A stretch of 64,000 nt of DNA from an uncultured delta proteobacterium (lineage in GTDB: Bacteria > Desulfobacterota > Desulfomonilia > UBA1062). Shown here in pieces: positions 28,825 to 41,706 of the stretch. The stretch lies in NCBI GenBank assembly GCA_963785235.1, contig CAWAUM010000005.1, positions 96,001 through 160,000 of the forward strand, written 5' to 3'. Below the pieces are notes generated by a model, which saw only the letters and a program-made list of their open reading frames with translations, did not search any database and was not told the origin of the DNA. Both the position numbers and the translations under genes were made by a program. Positions within the stretch are counted from its first letter, which is position 1, and each line of letters opens with the position of its first letter.

Positions 28825-29271
28825 ATGTTGAAATTCAGCAGTGCAATAGTGCTGTGCCTGTTCATGTCATGCTGTTCGGGTACCAGGCCCGCTACGCTCG
28901 GGATCAAGGATGGGAGGCTCTCACCATGTCCGGGAAGCCCTAATTGCGTTTCAACCCAGGCAGTAGGTAACAAGCACAAGATCGATCCGATCCGGTACAC
29001 AGTGACAAAGGAGCAGGCAAAGCAGCTTCTAGTGCAGGTGATAACCTCCATGAAGAGGTCAAAGATCATCGCTGATGAGGGTGATTACCTCCATGCAGAG
29101 TTTACCTCGCTGATCTTCAGGTTCGTAGACGATGTGGAGTTCTCTTTTGATGATGGAAACAAGCTCATCCACTTCCGGTCCGCCTCCCGGCTCGGTTACT
29201 CCGATCTTGGCGCTAACCAGAAACGTATGGAGGCAATCAGGAAGGGCTTTGAAGGGGCATCGGGTCAATAG
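28825..29271 (+). CDS. DUF1499-family lipoprotein
   Basis: Lipobox-like Cys; CPGSPNCVS, FVDDVEF, RSASRLGYSDLGAN. Confidence 0.85.
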   Translation: MLKFSSAIVLCLFMSCCSGTRPATLGIKDGRLSPCPGSPNCVSTQAVGNKHKIDPIRYTVTKEQAKQLLVQVITSMKRSKIIADEGDYLHAEFTSLIFRFVDDVEFSFDDGNKLIHFRSASRLGYSDLGANQKRMEAIRKGFEGASGQ

Positions 29272-29274
29272 AAA

Positions 29275-30678
29275 GTGGCAGGACAAGACACAATCATCCT
29301 GTTCACCCGCTGTCCAGAACCGGGCAAGGTTAAGAAGCGTCTGGTCCCTGTGCTGGGCGAACATGGAGCTGCAAATCTGCAGATTGATATGACCAGACAT
29401 GCACTTGAGATTGCCCGCAACCTCGCAACCACTGATAAAATAGTCCTTGAAGTGAATTATGCAGGTGGTGACAAGCAAAGGATGCAAACCTTGTTCGGGA
29501 GAGATTATGTATATATACATCAGGAAGGTTCTGACCTCGGAGAACGGATGCGGTTCTCCATGCATAAGGCATTTCTGGATGGAGCACAGAGAGTGGTACT
29601 CATTGGTGCGGACTGCCCAGGCATCACAGGGGCCACACTCAGGCAGGCCTTTGCGGCCCTTAGAGGGCATGACTGCGTTTTGGGGCCTGCCCTTGACGGC
29701 GGTTATTACCTCATAGGATTAAGACAGGATCAGCCAGAGATATTTTCATCCATACCTTGGGGTACGGACAAGGTTCTCGAACACACCCTGGGTGCACTAG
29801 TGCGGCTGGGTTTGAAAGCTGCGCTGCTTGAAACCCACGTAGACGTGGATCGGCCTGACGATCTGCACATCTGGGAAAAGATGAAACGTGCATGGTCGGC
29901 ACCCACGATTTCAATCGTCATACCCGCAATCAATGAAGAGGCAACAATCGGCAATGCCATCAAGAAGGCGCTGACCGGGAAGAATGTCGAGGTGATTCTG
30001 GCCGATGGCGGCAGTGAAGACCACACCAGGGATATCTCAGCGAGTTTGGGAGCCCAGGTTGTCACGGCCCAGAAGGGAAGGGCCTTGCAGATGAATGAAG
30101 GCGCCCGTGCAGCATCCGGGGATATCCTGTTGTTCCTTCATTCCGACAGTATTTTGCCGGTTGACTTCGATAATGACATCAGGCGTGCGCTTGCCGATCC
30201 GAGCATGGTTCTTGGGGCATTCGGGCTGTGCTTTGATGCAAATACATCTGCCATGAGAGTAATGGCCCTGGGTGCGAATCTGAGATCAAGACTTTTCAGT
30301 CTGCCCTACGGCGACCAGGCCCTGTTTGCGAGGAAGGCGGACTTCCATGAAGAAGGAGGTTTCCCCCAGATCCCCATAATGGAAGATGTAGCCTTTGTCC
30401 AAGCCATGAAAAAAAGGGGCCGGATAGCGATACTTAGCTCAAGAATCACCACCTCTTCAAGGCGCTATCAGGCCATGGGACCTTTCAGGACCTGGGTAAT
30501 CAACCAGATCGCCATGGCAGGGTTCTTTCTGGGCATACCGCCTGAAGAACTTGCTGTTCTGTACCGGAGCCGGGAGAAGTCACTTGCCCTTTGGATCAGG
30601 CACCTGATGAAGACCGACTGTGGCAGAGGCAGTTGTCATTTCGACCAAAGGGAGAAATCTGCAGATGATCAAGATTAA
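29275..30678 (+). CDS. Fused TIGR04282-type (DUF2064) and TIGR04283-type GT2 glycosyltransferase
   Basis: N-half PEPGKVKKRL, QEGSDLGERM, IGADCP, LGPALDGGYYLIG, DVD; C-half SIVIPAINE, DGGSED, GRALQMN, FLHSD, PYGDQ, MEDV. Confidence 0.85.
   Translation: MAGQDTIILFTRCPEPGKVKKRLVPVLGEHGAANLQIDMTRHALEIARNLATTDKIVLEVNYAGGDKQRMQTLFGRDYVYIHQEGSDLGERMRFSMHKAFLDGAQRVVLIGADCPGITGATLRQAFAALRGHDCVLGPALDGGYYLIGLRQDQPEIFSSIPWGTDKVLEHTLGALVRLGLKAALLETHVDVDRPDDLHIWEKMKRAWSAPTISIVIPAINEEATIGNAIKKALTGKNVEVILADGGSEDHTRDISASLGAQVVTAQKGRALQMNEGARAASGDILLFLHSDSILPVDFDNDIRRALADPSMVLGAFGLCFDANTSAMRVMALGANLRSRLFSLPYGDQALFARKADFHEEGGFPQIPIMEDVAFVQAMKKRGRIAILSSRITTSSRRYQAMGPFRTWVINQIAMAGFFLGIPPEELAVLYRSREKSLALWIRHLMKTDCGRGSCHFDQREKSADDQD
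30634..30660. repeat. REP-like half element GTCATTTCGACC-AAAGGGAGAAATCT within the glycosyltransferase 3' end
   Basis: Resembles a dispersed palindromic repeat type (GTCATTTCGAC...GAGAAATCT) recognised from memory; encodes the terminal CHFDQREKS. Confidence 0.45.
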
Positions 30679-31414
30679 CAACCATAAGGGCAATATTCAG
30701 AAGCTTGTCATAATCGTCTTTTTCATGGGTGCCTTTGCATACCCTTCTATTTCCAGGTGTGATCAGGTGCTCTTCCGGGAGGAGTTCAATGACCTGTCTG
30801 CCTGGAAAGAGGTATTTTTTCCCAAGATACCTAAGCATACCATTTATAAGACGGAAAAGATCGGCTCCGAATCCTTTCTCGTTGCCGGCAGCAATTCATC
30901 CGCATCACTGCTGGTCTATAAAAAGCCTTTCGATGTGTATGAATATCCGAACATAAGGTGGCGCTGGAAGATATCCAACATTTACAGAAAGGCCGACCCC
31001 AAGGTGAAATCAGGAGATGACTACCCAATAAGGATATATATCGCCTTCGAATATGACCCGCAGAAGGAAGGGTTGATAGACCGAGCCATCTTCAACCTTC
31101 TCAAGCTCATCTATGGCGAGTATCCCCCTTCAGGCTCGCTCAATTATGTATGGTCAAGTAAGGTGCTTTCCGAGAGATCCATGCCAAGCCCGTATACCGA
31201 CCGTAACAGGATGATCTTCCTCCAAAAGGGCAGCCCGCGGGTGGGTCAGTGGGTTGACGAAGAGGTGAACATTATCAAGGATTATGAAGAGACTTTCGGG
31301 AAAAAGCCGCCCCGGCGCGCCACCATCGGCATCATGAATGACTCGGACAACACGGGTGAAAAGGCAACTTCATATGTGGAATATATAGAGGTATTCAAGC
31401 AAGATGGTAAATGA
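30665..31414 (+). CDS. DUF3047 domain protein, exported
   Basis: Signal peptide; WRWKI, DDYPIRIY, LNYVW, IMNDSDNT. Confidence 0.85.
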   Translation: MIKINNHKGNIQKLVIIVFFMGAFAYPSISRCDQVLFREEFNDLSAWKEVFFPKIPKHTIYKTEKIGSESFLVAGSNSSASLLVYKKPFDVYEYPNIRWRWKISNIYRKADPKVKSGDDYPIRIYIAFEYDPQKEGLIDRAIFNLLKLIYGEYPPSGSLNYVWSSKVLSERSMPSPYTDRNRMIFLQKGSPRVGQWVDEEVNIIKDYEETFGKKPPRRATIGIMNDSDNTGEKATSYVEYIEVFKQDGK

Positions 31415-31524
31415 GAAGATAGTGATGAGGGGGAGGGCAATGGGAAAAATGTAAAGTATGGATACCGATCGGAGAACAATGGCGAAGTGGTTATTTCAGT
31501 ATTTTAAAAACCTTTATAGGATAT

Positions 31525-31959
31525 GTGAGAATCCAAGTGGCTAGGCTAATAGAAGTAGAATTCATTAAGTTCTGCACAGTTGGGTTCTCAGGTTTGTTTG
31601 TTGATATGGGTGTTGTTATAGCATTAAAGACAATCTTCGCTCTTGATACTCGTATATGTGCAATAGTTGGTTTCTCAGCAGCTGTTACAACAAACTATAT
31701 TTTAAACCGTCTATGGACATTTGAGGGTGCCCGGAATACGTCATTAGTAACGAGTTATGCTTGTTATGTTGCAGTTTGTTGTGTGGGGCTCTTAACTCGA
31801 CTCGGAGTGATGCACCTGCTAATAGAATATACAAATCTTGACAAAGGTTATGGTTATATATTCAATAATCTTATTGGAATAGGAGTTGGAACATTTGTTA
31901 ATTTTATTGGTAGTAAGTATTTTGCCTTTTCCCCCTTGCAAAAAGCCTTTAAGAAGTAA
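31525..31959 (+). CDS. GtrA-family flippase-like membrane protein
   Basis: KFCTVG, NYILNRLWTF, NFIGSKYFAF; four TM segments; AT-rich. Confidence 0.85.
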   Translation: MRIQVARLIEVEFIKFCTVGFSGLFVDMGVVIALKTIFALDTRICAIVGFSAAVTTNYILNRLWTFEGARNTSLVTSYACYVAVCCVGLLTRLGVMHLLIEYTNLDKGYGYIFNNLIGIGVGTFVNFIGSKYFAFSPLQKAFKK

Positions 31960-31962
31960 CTG

Positions 31963-31990
31963 CAGGAAGATGAAGACAGGAAGATGAAGA
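31963..31990. repeat. 14-bp perfect tandem duplication
   Basis: CAGGAAGATGAAGA twice, just after the GtrA stop. Confidence 0.8.
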
Positions 31991-32344
31991 TAATGCTACT
32001 ATAGGCCAAGATGTGAGTTGGGATTTTAAAACCATAACTTACGCGGTATTATGCGTGGTCAGTAATGAGGCAGATTTTAGTATTAGGTTACATTAGCAGA
32101 TCATTGGTTTTCAGATTCTTATAAAGTCTCCATCTATCCCAGTTATCAATGGTTCATGATCTGAGTTTGGAACTAGCAATTTATCGAAGGAATCAACAGC
32201 GACAGAGTATCCCTCAATATATAGAGGTTCCACCAATTACTGAGGCTAAACAAATCATTTCTTACTTTTCCACTGTTCAATCCTATTAAGCTAACCCTCT
32301 ATCTTTAAGTGATTAAACCAAACTTATGATTTTTAATCGGCTAC

Positions 32345-32360
32345 TGGCCTGCCAATTGCT
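32345..32360 (+). promoter_or_regulatory. Candidate sigma-54 promoter
   Basis: TGGCCTGCCAATTGCT with exact GG-N10-GC spacing, 37 nt before the PKD lipoprotein ATG. Confidence 0.55.
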
Positions 32361-32397
32361 CTAATAGCCTGGGAAAGGATTCCATTAAGGAGAAAAC

Positions 32398-32781
32398 ATG
32401 ATCAAAATAAATCAGATTATTAAAGTGTTACTTTGTCTTACTCTCTTATCAGCATTACTTGTGTTGCCCGCTTGTGGAGGTGGTGGAAGCAATGGTAGTA
32501 ATTTAAACCCGGAGGCGGGAAGTGATTTTGTCGCTAAAATTATTACTCCTCTTGAACCGGATGTGTCTATCCACCCTGGAGACTACGTTTATTTCACTTG
32601 CTTGCACCTTGTACAGACAGACGTTACTTACAGATGGGATTTTGGCGATGGCACTACATCGGAAGATAAAGATCCAGGCAAGGTTACATTCATGGAGGAA
32701 GGTGACTTTACAGTAACACTGACTGTGAGCAAGGGTGAAATTGTAAAGACTGATACCCGCGAGGTCAATGTAGCCCAATAA
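32398..32781 (+). CDS. PKD-domain lipoprotein
   Basis: Lipobox LPAC-GGGGS; YRWDFGDG; FTVTLTV; AGGAG RBS. Confidence 0.85.
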   Translation: MIKINQIIKVLLCLTLLSALLVLPACGGGGSNGSNLNPEAGSDFVAKIITPLEPDVSIHPGDYVYFTCLHLVQTDVTYRWDFGDGTTSEDKDPGKVTFMEEGDFTVTLTVSKGEIVKTDTREVNVAQ

Positions 32782-32982
32782 TTACAAAGGGGGTAGCTTA
32801 GACATCCTTAAAATATCTAAGCTCTTAATGAAGATGTTGATTTCTGTAACTTGAACATTATTATTTTATTACATGTTTTGGCAATGCCTGCTGCATGGAT
32901 TTCACGAAGTGAATTATGAGAGAGGTTGTCTGCATCAGCATGTTTGTCGGAACATGAAATAAAAAATCAGAGGAGAGAGCTT

Positions 32983-33846
32983 ATGATTACAGGGAGAATG
33001 CGTAGTAAGGGATTACAAGCTGTTCTGGTCTCGTTTTTATTGGTCCTCAGCGTCCTTTCATTTGGGGGCACGGCTTTTTCTTTCCACGATATCCTCAGCT
33101 TTGGAGACAGTCTGACCGATAACTACGTGGGACCCACTGGCTACGATAACTTATATGATAGCTATGGGCTCGGGCGCTATACAGATGGGGCTGAAGTCTG
33201 GGTTGAGTATCTCGCCGATGATCTGAACCTGCCTCTCTACGATATGGCATTCGGTGGTGCTACCACAGCATATGACGACCCGGCAGCTAATAACTCACCT
33301 ATTTATGGGTTGCAATGGCAGGTGGATACATTCCTGTCTTTATATGCCAAAGATACCAGAAATTTAACCAACAATACCCTGGTGGTCGTCTGGGCGGGCG
33401 CCAATGATTTCTTGCAAAACAGATCGCCTATTGACGCTGCAAATAATGTAGCATTAGCAATCACGAAGCTCGCTGATAATAAATTCAAGAGATTCCTGGT
33501 CATTAACGTTCCTGATATCGGGATGACCCCGGCATTCATGTACCTGAATACGTTGTATCCTGGTATAGCCGCAGGGGCAACGCAATGGTGCCAGATTTTT
33601 AACACAGCGCTCCAGACAAACGTTAACACTCTGCGTAATCAGAAGATAATGAATGGTAAAACTATCTACTGGTTTGATGCGTTCGAAATGATTCATGAGG
33701 TTGTTGTCGATCCCGCAGAATATTTGAAATATGGAGTCACATCATACCAGGGTTGGTTCTGGACTGATGGGTTCCACCCGTCGGGGGCAGCCCATCTCGC
33801 GATTTCCGACTTTGTATATGAGGTCGTCAACAAAAAGAATAAGTAA
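32983..33846 (+). CDS. Secreted SGNH/GDSL lipase/esterase
   Basis: Signal peptide; FGDSLTD, GRYTDG, GGAT, WAGAND, DGFHP. Confidence 0.9.
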   Translation: MITGRMRSKGLQAVLVSFLLVLSVLSFGGTAFSFHDILSFGDSLTDNYVGPTGYDNLYDSYGLGRYTDGAEVWVEYLADDLNLPLYDMAFGGATTAYDDPAANNSPIYGLQWQVDTFLSLYAKDTRNLTNNTLVVVWAGANDFLQNRSPIDAANNVALAITKLADNKFKRFLVINVPDIGMTPAFMYLNTLYPGIAAGATQWCQIFNTALQTNVNTLRNQKIMNGKTIYWFDAFEMIHEVVVDPAEYLKYGVTSYQGWFWTDGFHPSGAAHLAISDFVYEVVNKKNK

Positions 33847-33863
33847 TGATCCTCTTCGGCTCG

Positions 33864-34024
33864 GGGGATGCTCGGCCTGCTTGTGACCAGGGGGGAACTG
33901 AACCACTCAAAGCATCTCCATCCTTGGTGGCACGGCCCGAGTTTTTCTGCTTCAGGCCCTGAAAACAGCCCGGACCTACCCATTCCGTGGGCGTACCCGG
34001 CAAGTGGACGCTAGTACAAGCAAG
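33864..34024 (+). ncRNA. Structured intergenic non-coding element; resembles an IS110-family bridge-RNA region without transposase
   Basis: Three predicted stem-loops; internal loop CGGCCTGCT-TG...CTCAAAG and terminal ACAAG recall the IS621 bridge RNA layout; followed by a strong hairpin. Confidence 0.45.
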
Positions 34025-34027
34025 AAA

Positions 34028-34067
34028 CGCTGGGACACGTTGAGATCGACGTGTCCCAGCGCATTTT
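34028..34067. terminator. Strong hairpin, probably a bidirectional terminator
   Basis: CGCTGGGACACGT-N8-ACGTGTCCCAGCG (13 bp) with A/T runs on both sides. Confidence 0.7.
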
Positions 34068-34173
34068 CTGTGGCATATGCGGCACAGACAAAAAAATAAT
34101 GAATATGCTGTCCCTAGTATTGCAAGAAAGTCTTTTTCCCGAACTCACCAATTACCTATTCCCCATTTCATTT

Positions 34174-36273
<2,100 letters not shown>

Positions 36274-36300
36274 TGTGCCTCCTCTAGTAATATAAAATAC

Positions 36301-36420
36301 AGCTAATTGCGAAACTCAAAATAAAGTGTCACCCCCGCGAAAGCGGGGGTCAAGAAGTTCTTGAAAATACTGGATTCCCGCTTTCGCGGGAATGACGACT
36401 CGCGAATTTTGCAATTGGCT
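36301..36420. repeat. REP/dRS3-like composite palindromic element
   Basis: Inverted pair GTCACCCCCGCGAAAGCGGGGGTC and GGATTCCCGCTTTCGCGGGAATGAC, enclosed by imperfect 17-bp outer IRs (AGCTAATTGCGAAACTC / GAATTTTGCAATTGGCT). Confidence 0.8.
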
Positions 36421-36434
36421 CAATAGTCGTGATT

Positions 36435-37754
<1,320 letters not shown>

Positions 37755-37764
37755 TTAAGGTTTA

Positions 37765-38415
37765 CTATGCCTTTTTCTTGCCTCGAATAGACCAGTGGCA
37801 ATCCATGGTAAACATTTTAAAGGTTTTTATTTCATCAATCTCAAAGCCCAATGATTTTAAGAGGTTTGGATAATCATATATGGGATGCACGGCATTATCC
37901 GCTGTAACCCAGTAGATTGTGGCGGCCAGGTACCAGTAGATATTTTGAAATGCCTTATAGAACAATCCACCGTCATACGGCAGCTTGAAATCACCGATTA
38001 CCATGGATCCGCCGGGTTTTACAAAGGTTGTGAGATGGGTAAGAATTTTGAGCATCTTTTCTCTTGGAAATACATTCAGAAAATAATTAGCAATAACCAT
38101 GTCGAACTCTGGTTCATAGTTTACTTGAAGGATGTCATTGTTTATGATCCGGATCGGTGTATTCAGGTTTGCCTTATCAATCTTTTTCTGCATGTACTTT
38201 AACATGGTTTCAGAAATATCAACCGCTGTAACATTAATCCCTTTTCTGGCGGCGGCTATTGCCTCGGTACCGTGTCCCACGCCTGCAATGAGAAGCTTAT
38301 CACCCGGGTTCAAATGATCCAGCATTGCGACTTTACATTTTGGAATCTGCCCCAGGCTGTAAAGACTGCCCGTAAACTCATACTGAAATCCCATTAACTT
38401 GTAGCCGTCTTTCAT
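37765..38415 (-). CDS. Class I SAM-dependent methyltransferase
   Basis: LLIAGVGHG, TAVDIS, FDMVIANYFLNVF, KPGG; paralog of 12350-12995. Confidence 0.85.
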   Translation of the reverse strand: MKDGYKLMGFQYEFTGSLYSLGQIPKCKVAMLDHLNPGDKLLIAGVGHGTEAIAAARKGINVTAVDISETMLKYMQKKIDKANLNTPIRIINNDILQVNYEPEFDMVIANYFLNVFPREKMLKILTHLTTFVKPGGSMVIGDFKLPYDGGLFYKAFQNIYWYLAATIYWVTADNAVHPIYDYPNLLKSLGFEIDEIKTFKMFTMDCHWSIRGKKKA

Positions 38416-38567
38416 GTGATTCCTCCCACTTTATTCTTATCACAATGTATACCCGTGGAGAATATAAAACAACCAATTACACTTGTATAATATCCAAGAC
38501 TTCAGAACCTGGATTCCAATGTTTCAAAATTAATATTTCTGTTATCGAATAATAAGGCAGCTCAATT

Positions 38568-39206
38568 TTACAGGCCCACGACTAAGCATGTGAGCCCTTG
38601 TGAGGTGCATTTTTGCTCAAAAGACTTGGCAAGGTCCAAGGTGGTGAATGCACCGAACCGTACGCGGTATACAGTATTTCCATAGACCTTGGCTTCCTCG
38701 ATATTTGCTGTGTAGCCCTTCGACTCGAGCATGCCGGAGAGCTTGCGGGCATTCTCTTTATCGGCAAAGGAACCAAACTGCAGGGTGTATCTGCCGCCTG
38801 AATAATACCTGGGCATATCAAGCACCTCGACCCTTACCTTTGCAAGTCCGCAATCAACCATGTCGAGCTCTTTGGCTGCGCCATATGACATGTCGATGAT
38901 CCTGTCTCCCACAAACGGGCCCCGGTCATTGATGGGGACTATGACCTGGTTTCCGTTGGCAAGGTTGGTTACGCGCACCCTGCACCCGAGGGGGATGGTC
39001 TTATGGGCTGCAGTTACCCCGTACATGTTGTAGGGCTCGCCTGAAGCCGTGGGCTTGCCGTGAAAATCCTGGCCATACCACGAGGCTGTCCCGGTCTCTA
39101 CATATCCCGCGCCGGGACGCTGATAGTGTGCGCAACCAGAAAGAAAGACAATAGCGGCGATGATGAATACATGATGTCTATACTTCCAGATATCCCTCGA
39201 TCTCAT
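38568..39206 (-). CDS. rlpA: Septal ring lytic transglycosylase RlpA-family lipoprotein with SPOR domain
   Basis: Lipobox LSGC; GTASWYG, TAAHKT, INDRGPF, IIDMS; LQFGSF...YRVRFG. Start codon uncertain. Confidence 0.88.
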   Translation of the reverse strand: MRSRDIWKYRHHVFIIAAIVFLSGCAHYQRPGAGYVETGTASWYGQDFHGKPTASGEPYNMYGVTAAHKTIPLGCRVRVTNLANGNQVIVPINDRGPFVGDRIIDMSYGAAKELDMVDCGLAKVRVEVLDMPRYYSGGRYTLQFGSFADKENARKLSGMLESKGYTANIEEAKVYGNTVYRVRFGAFTTLDLAKSFEQKCTSQGLTCLVVGL

Positions 39207-41655
39207 GAACAAGCTCCTTGATAGGACGCTCATCTTTGATGCGGTTCTTGTCATCGATGAGTCCCTTTGCCCTGAATGTATCCAATGCCCCTTTATACAC
39301 CGGAAGGCACAAGGACTCGAACCGCTTGATTTCCCCCATTTTGAACATCCTGGTGGCATGACGGTTGATTGCCTTGAGGATGTCTTTATTGTTTACGCCC
39401 TTGACCTTTTCGAGGTTCCTGGCCACGCAGAGGTAGGATTCCAGGTAGTTCTCGATGAGTCCGGCGTACATCTTGAGGATATCAGAGGTCCCGGCGCTTC
39501 CGGCATACATCCCTTTCGTAGTCGTAACAATCCCTGTTTGGGTCATGAACTGTACTGCCTTCTCCACGCTCTTACTGTTGAGAATAAATTCATTCTCCAG
39601 GAGAGCGGCCAGGTTCCTTACCTGTTCTTGAAAGCCCTTCTCGGCAATACCGCCAGGATTCTTTAAGAGTACACTTGAAATGAGCGAAGCCGGGACAAAG
39701 AAATTGAGTATGGTATTTTTATAATACTCAAGGTGAATCCGGTCTTCACTGCCGACAGTTATGAGGTTTGATTCCGGCTCACCTGCAGTTTCGTCAATGG
39801 TGATAAGCCCTTTAACCTTCATCAGGATAAGGGCGTCCCGGAACGAATCCTCCTCACTGGCAAGGGTAGCGCTGAGGTTGCACCCGAGGTGCTTGAGGTA
39901 CTCCAGATAGACATGGAAGCCCTTTTTCAGCGCAACCTCTTCCATGGACGAGGCAGTGCTCATGAGCAAGCACGACATGATGGCAAACGGAGTGGCAACG
40001 GTCTGCTCGTAGATGGCCTGGATGATTTCGTCCGCTACGTTGTCATTTACCCCTTCCTTCTGTCCTGAATCCATCTCAGAATAGGCAGACCTTTGAACCA
40101 TATAGTCATTGAGCGAGATGGGCTTTGCAAAGCGGATATACACCTTGCCGTAGCGGTTTTTCAGGATTGAACCTGCCTGGAGGAGCTGCCATACGTTTTC
40201 CTTCTTTTTCGTTGCGCCCTTCATCTCACTGATATGCGAGTTTTCCTCCACTACCGTGTCATAACCCACATAGACCGGAACAAAGATAACGTCTCTGCTC
40301 ACCCCGGACTCCCAGCCCTGGATGATCATGGACAGAAGCCCTTTTTTCGGGAGCATGAGCTTGCCGGAACGGCTCCTGGTACCTTCGATGAAAAATTCCA
40401 GGGGGATGCGCTCGCCCAGCAGGGTCCTCACATAGGCGCCGAATGTCTGGGCATAGACGGGATTGTCCTTGAAGCTGCGCTTCATGAAAAAGGCGCCGCC
40501 TTTCCTGAGCAGGGTTCCGATGGGGAAGAAGGCGAGGTTGATGCCGGCAGCGATTACAGGCACGCTCATCCAGTTCTCATACAACCAGTAAGACAAGATG
40601 AGGTAGTCGATATGGCTCTTGTGGCAGGGCACATACACGAGAGAGCCTTTCCTCGCGATATCCCTGAGTGCCTGTATCCCCTTGGGGTCAATATCTATGC
40701 CGTCGAATATATTGTTGAAGATCCAGTTAAGCGATTTGGCCATGAAATTGATGACAGCAGGGGTCAGGTCTGCAGCGATCTGTTCGAGGTTTTTCTCCAC
40801 GGAGTCTTCGAGTTCTTTGAGCGATTTTCCTGATTCAGTGGAGAATGACTTCAGAAAAGACTGGAGCATGGGGTCACGTATGGTCTTCTCGATAAGGAAA
40901 GACCGCTCTCTGATGGGTGCGCCTGAGATATTGCTGCCCAACACTGCCAACCTGTGAAGAAGTTCGCCCCTGATCTCGACGGCGATTTCCTCAAAGAATT
41001 TACGCCCGGTCTGGGCCCGTTTGAGCTCATCTAAAAGGTTGATGGGCTCACCATGCTCAACGAAGCCGTGTTCACGCCCCCTGAAAAGGGTTATGAACTT
41101 TCTGAAGCCCGTGACCCGTACCTGTTCTTCGTCCGAGGTGTCCTTGAGCTTGAGCGGGGCGCGATGGTAGACTATGCGTTGGGGAACGAGGAAGATGGGC
41201 GTGTCAGTTTCCCTCTGGACCTTGAGAAGCTCCAGGACAGGGTCAGGCGATTTTTTGGATGGCTCGCTATCGAGAAAGATCAGGGATGCGTTGTGCTTGC
41301 TCTCCATAAATGCTCGGTAGAATCCGTGATCGAATGGGGATGAACCTGCAAGTTTGCCCAGCAGGCGCAAAAAGGCCTTTGTGATCGGCTGGAGCAGCGG
41401 GAAGGAGCGCCCGAAGATGAGGTCAGGGTAGGGCAGGCCGTCGCGTTTGAGCCTGAAGTTGAGCAACAGGGCGTCAATGGTGCTTTTTGAGCCATGAGCG
41501 AAAACGATATGGCCCTGCCCGGCGAGCGCGGTAATGGATTCCTTGTAGAGCTCCGGGAGGTTGATGGGGGAAAAAATGCGCCTGATGAAGGGTCTCAGCA
41601 GCGGCCCGTACGTGCCGGCAAATAGAAAAGGCGAGTCTTTATCTTTCTCTGTCAT
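39178..41655 (-). CDS. plsB: Glycerol-3-phosphate acyltransferase
   Basis: PCHKSHIDY (HX4D), GAFFMKR, FFIEGTRSRSGK, VPV. Confidence 0.88.
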   Translation of the reverse strand: MTEKDKDSPFLFAGTYGPLLRPFIRRIFSPINLPELYKESITALAGQGHIVFAHGSKSTIDALLLNFRLKRDGLPYPDLIFGRSFPLLQPITKAFLRLLGKLAGSSPFDHGFYRAFMESKHNASLIFLDSEPSKKSPDPVLELLKVQRETDTPIFLVPQRIVYHRAPLKLKDTSDEEQVRVTGFRKFITLFRGREHGFVEHGEPINLLDELKRAQTGRKFFEEIAVEIRGELLHRLAVLGSNISGAPIRERSFLIEKTIRDPMLQSFLKSFSTESGKSLKELEDSVEKNLEQIAADLTPAVINFMAKSLNWIFNNIFDGIDIDPKGIQALRDIARKGSLVYVPCHKSHIDYLILSYWLYENWMSVPVIAAGINLAFFPIGTLLRKGGAFFMKRSFKDNPVYAQTFGAYVRTLLGERIPLEFFIEGTRSRSGKLMLPKKGLLSMIIQGWESGVSRDVIFVPVYVGYDTVVEENSHISEMKGATKKKENVWQLLQAGSILKNRYGKVYIRFAKPISLNDYMVQRSAYSEMDSGQKEGVNDNVADEIIQAIYEQTVATPFAIMSCLLMSTASSMEEVALKKGFHVYLEYLKHLGCNLSATLASEEDSFRDALILMKVKGLITIDETAGEPESNLITVGSEDRIHLEYYKNTILNFFVPASLISSVLLKNPGGIAEKGFQEQVRNLAALLENEFILNSKSVEKAVQFMTQTGIVTTTKGMYAGSAGTSDILKMYAGLIENYLESYLCVARNLEKVKGVNNKDILKAINRHATRMFKMGEIKRFESLCLPVYKGALDTFRAKGLIDDKNRIKDERPIKELVHEIEGYLEV

Positions 41656-41706
41656 ACCTGTGTATATAGAACAGCACTTTGAAAATGTGAAGACAGGAGT
41701 TTATAC

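Noticed and set aside
32879-32895. Sigma-54 promoter before the GDSL gene
   Set aside because: GG-to-GC spacing is one base too long.
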